DNA of 4,855 nucleotides from a virus (Duplodnaviria; Heunggongvirae; Uroviricota; Caudoviricetes): IMG/VR virus record IMGVR_UViG_2778261165_000003, positions 1 to 4,855 of that record; one strand, 5' to 3'. Shown piece by piece: positions 1 to 4,855 of this stretch (position 1 is its first letter; each line of letters starts with the position of its first letter). The notes under the pieces were generated by a model. It saw only the letters and a program-made list of their open reading frames with translations, ran no database searches and was not told where the DNA came from. The position numbers and the translations under genes were made by a program.

Positions 1-121
1 GGCTGTGGTTGGGGTGTTTTAGCGAGTCCTTTTTGTATCTGACTGTATCTCCGTCTAAATACAGATAATCCTCAATAAGCCGATACCTATCTGACGCTGG
101 CGTATTTGATTTGATAGTCAT
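1..121 (-). CDS. Hypothetical protein, 5' end only (continues beyond the left edge of the window)
   Basis: Minus-strand ATG at 121..119 overlaps the ninB stop (ATGA at 118..121). My hand translation is open for 40 codons to the window edge (MTIKSNTPASDRYRLIEDYLYLDGDTVRYKKDSLKHPNHS...). A purine-rich AAGGGAAGG lies 4 nt upstream. Product not recognised. Confidence 0.4.
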   Translation of the reverse strand, partial: MTIKSNTPASDRYRLIEDYLYLDGDTVRYKKDSLKHPNHS

Positions 122-564
122 GCAGCCTTCCCTTTTCGTTGTGACCATTCATACTCTCGCCGGGAGTCATCACTCCACCGCACGTTGCGCTCTGAGCCGA
201 ACCAGAACATGATTTCGATAAGCTCAGTCATGCTGGCCTTTCGCATTTTGCTGGTACGCACGCCAAGCATAACAACGCCACCGTCGATACCAGGCGCACT
301 TCGTTGCTCCAGTTTTTTGGTCTTAAGCCACAGGGCAGTGAACAGGTCTTTCCAGTCCTCCGGCGCAAGTCTCTCTCCATGCCAAAGCACCTGACGCGAT
401 ACGTCCTGCAATAACGCCCACATAAGGCGGTTTTGAGGATTGCTCCGCTTTGGTTCTTTAATGTGGACTTCGTGAGGTGACTTGTCGTCGATGGGTAGTG
501 AGAGAATGGCGTCTATGGCGTTATTTCTGATTGCTTCGTTGCGAAGCATGTATATTTGCTTCAT
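118..564 (-). CDS. ninB: NinB/Orf-family recombination mediator
   Basis: The 148-aa ORF aligns by eye with lambda NinB as I remember it: KRSNPQNRLMWALLQDVSRQVLWHGERLAPEDWK against RNRSLDQNRKLWACLGDVSRQVEWHGRWLDAESWK, and a C-terminal SERNVRWSDD...EW block against TERGVKWSDE...EW. Size matches (about 146 aa). GAGG lies 5 nt upstream of the ATG at 564. An alternative start at Met6 cannot be excluded. Confidence 0.85.
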   Translation of the reverse strand: MKQIYMLRNEAIRNNAIDAILSLPIDDKSPHEVHIKEPKRSNPQNRLMWALLQDVSRQVLWHGERLAPEDWKDLFTALWLKTKKLEQRSAPGIDGGVVMLGVRTSKMRKASMTELIEIMFWFGSERNVRWSDDSRREYEWSQRKGKAA

Positions 565-596
565 CGTTACCTCAACTCACAAAACGCCACGCCATT

Positions 597-752
597 TTAT
601 AGGCTCCATCCATCCCGTTTTCTCTCACCAAAAATATGCCTGTGCCATTCTTCCCGCTGCCGTCTCCATAGTTCCATCATGTCTGGCTGGTTCTTTTCTC
701 GCATTTTTCGAATCTGCTCAAGGATGAACTCTATTTGCTGCTGATTTGTCAT
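597..752 (-). CDS. Small hypothetical protein (51 aa, basic)
   Basis: Hand-translated ORF below the 60-aa cutoff of the supplied track: MTNQQQIEFILEQIRKMRENKQPDMMELWRRQREEWHRHIFGERKRDGWSL. A strong AAGGAG lies 5 nt upstream of the ATG at 752 and sits immediately after the stop of the 71-aa ORF. Same strand and tight spacing as its neighbours. Product unknown. Confidence 0.4.
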   Translation of the reverse strand: MTNQQQIEFILEQIRKMREKNQPDMMELWRRQREEWHRHIFGERKRDGWSL

Positions 753-762
753 GCTCACTCCT

Positions 763-978
763 TCACTTTAAATTCAGGTTCCGGATAATTCTGTTGCGCT
801 GAAACTCATTGTTGAGTCTGAACAACCGCCGAAGAACACGGTCACGCGGATAGCGTCGTGCGGCAGGTGAATGCTCATACAACTCATCAAGCGGCAAACT
901 TGACGATGAACGATACCGATACCAACGCACCAACTCTTCACGAAAATTAGCCCTGACAAGCTCAGCTATCGTACTCAT
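763..978 (-). CDS. Small arginine-rich hypothetical protein (71 aa)
   Basis: ORF with GGAGG (rc of 988..992) 9 nt upstream of the ATG at 978. Very basic, Arg-rich sequence (RRYPRDRVLRRLFRLNNEFQRNRIIRNL), which suggests nucleic-acid binding. No family recognised. The alternative-frame ORF 774..959 lacks an RBS and is Cys-rich and unprotein-like. Confidence 0.5.
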   Translation of the reverse strand: MSTIAELVRANFREELVRWYRYRSSSSLPLDELYEHSPAARRYPRDRVLRRLFRLNNEFQRNRIIRNLNLK

Positions 979-1006
979 TTCTTAAAGCCTCCAATTCCTC
1001 TCCCCC

Positions 1007-1038
1007 AAATAAAAAGGCCTGCGATTACCAGCAGGCCT
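1007..1038 (-). terminator. Rho-independent terminator (minus-strand sense) between the 89-aa ORF and the 71-aa ORF
   Basis: Perfect 8-bp inverted repeat AGGCCTGC (1015..1022) / GCAGGCCT (1031..1038) with an 8-nt loop. On the minus-strand transcript it is followed directly by UUUUUAUUU (rc of 1007..1015). It lies 25 nt downstream of the 89-aa ORF stop. No comparable T-run follows it on the plus strand. Confidence 0.6.
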
Positions 1039-1063
1039 GTTATTAGCTCAGTGATGTAGATGG

Positions 1064-1333
1064 TCATTGCTTCATCTCCCTTTCCATTTCATCAATGTCA
1101 ACGTCATCAGGAAGATGGGAACAATACGCTGCTATACCATGATGATTTATCTCATACCCTTTGAACGTTACCATCTGGCGCGTAATCTCAACTTCGTTCA
1201 GGAATCCGTCATCGCATAACTGCCTGGCTATTTTCGATTTGGTCTGGATTATTGGTAGTGCCTGTTCTTTCAAAGCGTATGATATTTGTGCATCCCATGC
1301 TTTTTCGAGAATGGCTAATTGTTTTTTATTCAT
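1064..1333 (-). CDS. Hypothetical protein (89 aa), translationally coupled to the primase-helicase
   Basis: Its ATG (1333..1331) abuts the primase-helicase stop codon (1334..1336). GGAG lies 6 nt upstream, inside the 3' end of the helicase gene. Sequence MNKKQLAILEKAWDAQISYALKEQ...VTFKGYEINHHGIAAY with an acidic tail; no family recognised. Confidence 0.6.
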   Translation of the reverse strand: MNKKQLAILEKAWDAQISYALKEQALPIIQTKSKIARQLCDDGFLNEVEITRQMVTFKGYEINHHGIAAYCSHLPDDVDIDEMEREMKQ

Positions 1334-3226
1334 TTAATACTCCGTCACGTTTTCCTGTCGCCACGCCTCGTCATATTCCGATTTCGGCATATTGGCGATG
1401 TAGCTATATGGCGATCCTGATTCAAGTTGCAGGAACTGGTGCGATTGCTCGTCAAGGAACAACGGGACACCACCTTCCCAACCTTCGCCGTTACGTTGTT
1501 TTTCAAGCATCAAAACAGATGCCGGAGATGCCAGTAGCTGTTCGTCCTTCTCTGACATCTTTTCACCACTCTGAACTCTCTGTAACGCTCTCTCGCGAGC
1601 CTTGTTACGCCAGATGATGAAAAGGTTGTCTGTCAGGTCTGTTATCGCTCCAGAGCCTTTTACGTCCATTTTCCCGGTTGGTTTTTCTTCGCTGTCTCCT
1701 TTTCGCGAGTGAGTAACGAGAATGACGTGGGAGTTTGTTTTGTTTTTGAAGTCGCAAATCGAGTCAACAAACGCCTTCTGCCCGTTATAGTCATCGTCGC
1801 CTATGCCACATTTCATCAGGCTGTCGATGATGAATAACTGGATCCCGTATCGGCGGCGAGCGTAGTCGAATATTTCGATCAGCCTGTCGGCTTTCGCCGT
1901 TCCGGTCAGGCAAAACACCCAAAGTCTTTCGTCATAAAATTTAAATGCAGAGTCAATTTCCAGCACTGGCGGCATCTTGCAGCACGTCGCCTGACGGGTA
2001 AGGCGCTTAAGGAGAATACCAGGCTTCAGCTCAAGTGACGCGATGCACGTCTTCACACCCTGACGCATTGCCTCAAGTGCCATATGCCCGACAACCTCCG
2101 TTTTTCCGTGACCGTTCACACCATTGACCAGCGTCAACTCTGCCTCACGGAACTGGAATTTATCTGCCAGAGATTCCCACGGTGGATTAAACAGATACTG
2201 CTGCTTGCCGTAGAAAGCGTTGATAGTGTCCTGGTAAAACTCTCGCGCGCTGTAGAGTTCTTCAGGATCGAAGTAGGATGCCGTGCCGATGTACTGCCAG
2301 ATTTCATCCTCGGTAACACCGTTCATCAGGCATTCGTTGATGTCTTTGTACGGCAGAGTAACAAGACGGCAACGATGTTCACCGAGTCGGCTTGCGATTT
2401 CCCTTGCGGCTTCACGACCAACATCATCAACGTCCATCGAGATGAATATTTCCTCAAACCTGTCGAGGTTGTGATACTCAAACTCAATCCACTGTTGCTT
2501 AGCGCCTTTCCCGCCACCAAACGGCACGGATAACGCCGAGATGCCGTATTGCGCATAGCTCATACAATCAATTTCGCCTTCGCAAAGTACAACCGCCCTC
2601 ACGCCAGCGTCCAGAGCCTGCCATCCGAACAGACAAGGTTCGCAATCACCTTCTGCCATAATGACTTTCTTCCCGTCCGGGCGCTCAGTGCTGATTCGCT
2701 TGACCTGCAACAACTCACCATCGCGTTTGTACGGAATCACCAGAGCATCCAGTTCCAGCTCTCCATTCCACACCTTGCCGCTGACAACCTCGTAGCGCTT
2801 TACGATTTCTGGCGATATGCCACGCGATTGCAGGTACTCAAGATGGGATTCTGTTCTGGTAACGTAGCGGGCGATTTTCTTGCGATCAGGTCTGGAGAAT
2901 TTTTTCTCACGTCTGGCATCGAAATGGTGATCGTCATCCTTGATACCGAGAAATGCTTTCGCTTCCTGCATAGCCTGATGCAGGTTAATTCCTCGACATG
3001 CCATCCACAAATCAAGCATGTCACCGCCGTCTCCCTCAGCGAAATCAGCCCATTTTTTCTTGCCGCTAAGGTTGACCTTAAGGCTGTTTCCCTTGTCACC
3101 GTTGACGTTACCGGCAACCCACTCATGCCCCTCTTTCTTGCCGTTTGGCAACAGGTGCGGAGCCACCCTGTCAACCTGCGACCAAAGCAGGTCGCTGAGT
3201 TCTGATGGACTCAAAGGTGCCTCCAT
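1334..3226 (-). CDS. Bifunctional DNA primase-helicase (TOPRIM primase fused to a RecA-fold SF4 DnaB/T7 gp4-like helicase)
   Basis: 630-aa ORF with GAGG 6 nt upstream of the ATG at 3226. TOPRIM signatures: VVLCEGEIDCMSYAQYG (conserved Glu) and FISMDVDDVGREAA (DxD). Helicase signatures: Walker A LVNGVNGHGKTEV (GxxGxGKT), Walker B IQLFIIDSL, then HVILVTHSRK and GSGAITDLTDNLFII, matching the SF4 motif order. The N-terminus has a DnaG zinc-ribbon-like segment lacking the Cys ligands. Confidence 0.9.
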   Translation of the reverse strand: MEAPLSPSELSDLLWSQVDRVAPHLLPNGKKEGHEWVAGNVNGDKGNSLKVNLSGKKKWADFAEGDGGDMLDLWMACRGINLHQAMQEAKAFLGIKDDDHHFDARREKKFSRPDRKKIARYVTRTESHLEYLQSRGISPEIVKRYEVVSGKVWNGELELDALVIPYKRDGELLQVKRISTERPDGKKVIMAEGDCEPCLFGWQALDAGVRAVVLCEGEIDCMSYAQYGISALSVPFGGGKGAKQQWIEFEYHNLDRFEEIFISMDVDDVGREAAREIASRLGEHRCRLVTLPYKDINECLMNGVTEDEIWQYIGTASYFDPEELYSAREFYQDTINAFYGKQQYLFNPPWESLADKFQFREAELTLVNGVNGHGKTEVVGHMALEAMRQGVKTCIASLELKPGILLKRLTRQATCCKMPPVLEIDSAFKFYDERLWVFCLTGTAKADRLIEIFDYARRRYGIQLFIIDSLMKCGIGDDDYNGQKAFVDSICDFKNKTNSHVILVTHSRKGDSEEKPTGKMDVKGSGAITDLTDNLFIIWRNKARERALQRVQSGEKMSEKDEQLLASPASVLMLEKQRNGEGWEGGVPLFLDEQSHQFLQLESGSPYSYIANMPKSEYDEAWRQENVTEY

Positions 3227-3705
3227 GCGTTTCCTCTGCGGATTGTGGAAATTTGCATTTCACTCACTCCGTATTTAGTGGATAGTTCGCTTAGTTTCAT
3301 ACCAACAGAATTCCTGATATCAATCACATCAGTTTCAGATAGTTTTGCCCTACCATTAAAAACTCCCTTTGCGCTTTTCAGTCCGATGCTAAAAGCATGT
3401 TTTAAATTCTCTGAGCAGGTACACCATTCCAAGTTCCAAATGGCGTTATCCGATTTGTCGCCGTTGATATGATTTACTTCTGGCTTGCAATACGGATTTG
3501 GGATAAATAATTGAGCTACAAGACGATGAACTTTTAACGTCTTCTGAATCCCATCGGAACACAAAGTGACTCTTAGATAACCCTTGTTATCCGGAGATGG
3601 ATTCAAAAACCTGCCTCTTAAATGTGAATAAACACGACCGTCTTTGGTTACAGAGTATTTACCCTCATAACCAGGTATATATTCTCCAACTTCAAGGCTC
3701 ATCAT
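3211..3705 (-). CDS. HNH endonuclease (NUMOD4 + HNH_3 type, homing-endonuclease-like) with a C-terminal HTH
   Basis: 164-aa ORF with GAGG 5 nt upstream of the ATG at 3705. N-terminal NUMOD4-like IPGYEGKYSVTKDGRVYS; HNH_3 core LKVHRLVAQLFIPNP...VNHINGDKSDNAIWNLEWCTCSENLKH; C-terminal HTH-like LSELSTKYGVSEMQISTIRRG. The 3' end overlaps the primase-helicase start by 16 nt. The gene looks more AT-rich than its neighbours, judged by eye. Confidence 0.85.
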   Translation of the reverse strand: MMSLEVGEYIPGYEGKYSVTKDGRVYSHLRGRFLNPSPDNKGYLRVTLCSDGIQKTLKVHRLVAQLFIPNPYCKPEVNHINGDKSDNAIWNLEWCTCSENLKHAFSIGLKSAKGVFNGRAKLSETDVIDIRNSVGMKLSELSTKYGVSEMQISTIRRGNAWRHL

Positions 3706-3729
3706 GATTCCCTCAGATTGAGATTTTTA

Positions 3730-3807
3730 AACCAGAAACCGACAAACGAAATACTTAACCAGCCGTGGTTATAACCAGCGACCAGTAGCGATTTGATTTT
3801 TGATTTC
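3730..3807. repeat. Cluster of short direct repeats and a palindrome in the initiator-HNH intergenic region
   Basis: AACCAG at 3730..3735, 3757..3762 and 3774..3779, plus GACCAG at 3780..3785. The octamer TAACCAGC occurs twice (3756..3763 and 3772..3779). A perfect 10-bp palindrome GGTTATAACC sits at 3767..3776. GATTT occurs three times in the AT-rich stretch 3790..3806. Confidence 0.5.
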
Positions 3808-3812
3808 ATGGT

Positions 3813-4544
3813 TCACCTGTCGAAAAACACGTAGCCAGTTTTCGATACGGTGATTGCGGATGATGGTTTGGATTGTGGTTGAATAGTTTCTGGCTTCTCG
3901 TCGTTCCAGCGTTGACCGTTCAGGTAGCTCGATGGTAACAACCTGTCGAATCCGAACTGCTTACCATTCCTGCATGCGATGTCTTCTGCCAGCATCGTGG
4001 CAAACTCGCTTGCCGTCCCCCTGGTAGTTTTACGCCATTCCCTGAACTGTGTTCTGAATGCCGAAGCCGCGTTTTTCTTCCCGGCTTTCCGCATGCCTGC
4101 ACACCAGAATATTTCCTCGAATGCTTTGTCGGTTTCTTCGTGACGGTCAGGAGTTTTTTCACACTCCGTTCGGACATGTTCGAACATAATGTTTTTAGGT
4201 TCATTGACTGGTTCAAAAGAGTGATAGGTTCTGGGGGCAGCTCCTGCCCCACCTGATTCTGGTTGGATTTGTTGTGCATTATCCAGAGTCAGATAAAAAA
4301 CGTTTGACTGGTTAAGCTCTCCTTTTCTTCTGAATTCCCTTTTCAAAAGCCCCATCTCTTCCAGTGCCCTAATGTGACTTTTTACTGTCGATCTGCTCAC
4401 CTCACATTGGTCAGCGACATGTTGATATGAAGGCCAGCATTCGCCATTATCATTGGCGTTATCGGCAAGTTTAATCAGAACCAGTTTTCTCAATGGGTTG
4501 CCAACCTTTATATTCATGGCCTTAGCCATAAGATTCATGCTCAT
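3813..4544 (-). CDS. Phage replication initiator/organiser-type protein with an N-terminal winged helix-turn-helix domain
   Basis: 243-aa ORF with GGAG 8 nt upstream of the ATG at 4544. The N-terminal segment NPLRKLVLIKLADNANDNGECWPSYQHVADQCEVSRSTVKSHIRALEEMGLLKRE has the pattern of winged-HTH domains found at the N-terminus of phage replication proteins. It is followed by a Gly/Ala/Pro linker and an uncharacterised C-terminal domain. It sits immediately upstream of the primase-helicase, as an initiator would. Several in-frame Met codons near the start (M3, M6, M10) make the exact start uncertain. Confidence 0.7.
   Translation of the reverse strand: MSMNLMAKAMNIKVGNPLRKLVLIKLADNANDNGECWPSYQHVADQCEVSRSTVKSHIRALEEMGLLKREFRRKGELNQSNVFYLTLDNAQQIQPESGGAGAAPRTYHSFEPVNEPKNIMFEHVRTECEKTPDRHEETDKAFEEIFWCAGMRKAGKKNAASAFRTQFREWRKTTRGTASEFATMLAEDIACRNGKQFGFDRLLPSSYLNGQRWNDEKPETIQPQSKPSSAITVSKTGYVFFDR
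4204..4313. repeat. Exact 10-bp direct repeat pair flanking an inverted repeat and an A-tract inside the initiator gene
   Basis: TTGACTGGTT occurs at 4204..4213 and again at 4304..4313, 100 bp apart and in different codon phases of the initiator ORF. Between them lie the inverted repeat GGGGCAG-CTC-CTGCCCC (4234..4250) and an A6 tract (4295..4300). The reverse complement of the 10-mer contains AACCAG, the core repeated in the downstream intergenic region. Confidence 0.5.
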
Positions 4545-4684
4545 TTTGACTTCTCCGAAGTTTTGTACCTGTTAAGTATTTCTCTCAGTGGCACAGCTAT
4601 TGCTGGATTAACCCCCTGATAAAACTGGTCACGTAGCACATCTTTTCGGTGATTAACGCGTTTATTTTCCTGCGTTTTTCGCAT
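4541..4684 (-). CDS. Candidate 47-aa micro-ORF translationally coupled to the initiator gene
   Basis: Hand-translated: MRKTQENKRVNHRKDVLRDQFYQGVNPAIAVPLREILNRYKTSEKSK. GAGGT lies 6 nt upstream of the ATG at 4684. Its TGA stop (4543..4541) overlaps the initiator ATG (4544..4542) as ATGA. Below the 60-aa cutoff of the supplied track; no family recognised. Confidence 0.3.
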   Translation of the reverse strand: MRKTQENKRVNHRKDVLRDQFYQGVNPAIAVPLREILNRYKTSEKSK

Positions 4685-4783
4685 ATAATTACCTCGTTGG
4701 ATGTTGTTAAAATTCCATTTGTATTTGATCAGAACGCTCGGTTTTGCACACCGGGCGTTTTATTTTTTTATGTGCTTCCATTT

Positions 4784-4812
4784 TTCACCTCTGCAAATAG
4801 CAGCTATATAAT
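4784..4812 (+). promoter_or_regulatory. Candidate sigma70-type promoter firing rightward, away from the replication operon
   Basis: Plus-strand -35-like TTCACC (4784..4789), a 17-bp spacer, then consensus -10 TATAAT (4807..4812). No plus-strand ORF follows within the remaining 43 bp, so any target lies outside the window. Confidence 0.3.
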
Positions 4813-4855
4813 TTGGCGTTACTCCATATTTTTTTGATAATGCCCTTGTGTTGAA

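Noticed and set aside
185-744. Plus-strand ORFs 185..394, 482..727 and 556..744
   Set aside because: Antisense to ninB and to the 51-aa ORF, without an RBS. The ninB frame is supported by strong family similarity.
774-959. 61-aa minus-strand ORF overlapping the 71-aa ORF in another frame
   Set aside because: No Shine-Dalgarno sequence upstream and a Cys-rich, unprotein-like composition. The competing 763..978 frame has a GGAGG RBS.
1252-1617. 121-aa plus-strand ORF spanning the helicase / 89-aa ORF junction
   Set aside because: Antisense to two well-supported minus-strand genes, with no RBS and a composition typical of a shadow frame.
2549-3205. 218-aa plus-strand ORF, with other plus-strand ORFs at 2084..2533 and 2283..2474, and minus-strand alternative-frame ORFs at 2134..2319, 2326..2556 and 2800..3174
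   Set aside because: All lie entirely inside the primase-helicase gene, on the opposite strand or in another frame. The primase-helicase frame carries clear TOPRIM and Walker motifs, while these translations are low-complexity and motif-free, so they are shadow ORFs.
1334-3226. Possibility that the window is a P4-like satellite or phage-inducible chromosomal island because of the large primase gene
   Set aside because: The primase is a TOPRIM/SF4 fusion, whereas P4 alpha as I recall it carries a different (SF3-type) helicase. No integrase, AlpA-like regulator or tRNA attachment site is in the window, and a lambda-type ninB follows in the same operon. A lambdoid prophage replication arm fits better. 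This could be revisited with flanking sequence.
3018-3472. Plus-strand ORFs 3018..3278 and 3245..3472
   Set aside because: Antisense to the primase N-terminus and to the HNH gene. Their Ser/Leu-rich low-complexity translations are typical of reverse-strand artefacts.
3920-4279. 119-aa minus-strand ORF in an alternative frame inside the initiator gene
   Set aside because: Fully nested in the initiator ORF, which has the wHTH signature and an RBS. The nested frame has neither.
4710-4781. 24-codon minus-strand ORF (MEAHKKIKRPVCKTERSDQIQMEF) with a GAGGTG RBS
   Set aside because: Too short, with no conservation evidence available. Kept only as a possible leader peptide and not called as a feature.
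4649-4837. 62-aa plus-strand ORF in the upstream regulatory region
   Set aside because: It begins with GTG and has no Shine-Dalgarno sequence. The translation is a Phe/Ile-rich product of an AT-rich region and overlaps the promoter-like elements, so it is more likely non-coding.
4545-4855. DnaA boxes or a host-type origin in the AT-rich right end
   Set aside because: Only weak partial matches to TTATCCACA (for example TTATCAAAA and TTAATCACC) and no array of boxes. The repeat clusters at 3730-3807 and 4204-4313 are better origin candidates.
1-4855. CRISPR arrays, tRNA or rRNA genes, insertion-sequence inverted repeats
   Set aside because: No regularly spaced direct repeats of CRISPR size, no cloverleaf-compatible segments, and no terminal inverted repeats flanking a transposase-like ORF were seen.

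Overview
Every credible gene in this window lies on the minus strand, forming one tightly packed operon that reads like the replication and nin arm of a lambdoid-type enterobacterial prophage. Read in the direction of transcription (high to low coordinates): an ORF-poor regulatory region (4545-4855) with a 47-codon micro-ORF, a winged-HTH replication initiator (3813-4544), a free-standing HNH endonuclease (3211-3705), a TOPRIM primase fused to an SF4 helicase (1334-3226), an 89-aa ORF (1064-1333), an intrinsic terminator (1007-1038), two small basic ORFs (763-978 and 597-752), NinB/Orf (118-564), and the start of a further gene running off the left edge. I see no rRNA, tRNA, CRISPR array, integrase or transposase. 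No recognisable defence system is evident; the least explained content is the cluster of three small genes between the helicase and ninB, repeat clusters in and just downstream of the initiator gene that look like an origin, and a primase N-terminus with a cysteine-free zinc-ribbon-like segment. All calls rest on reading the sequence and on remembered family motifs; no database search was run.
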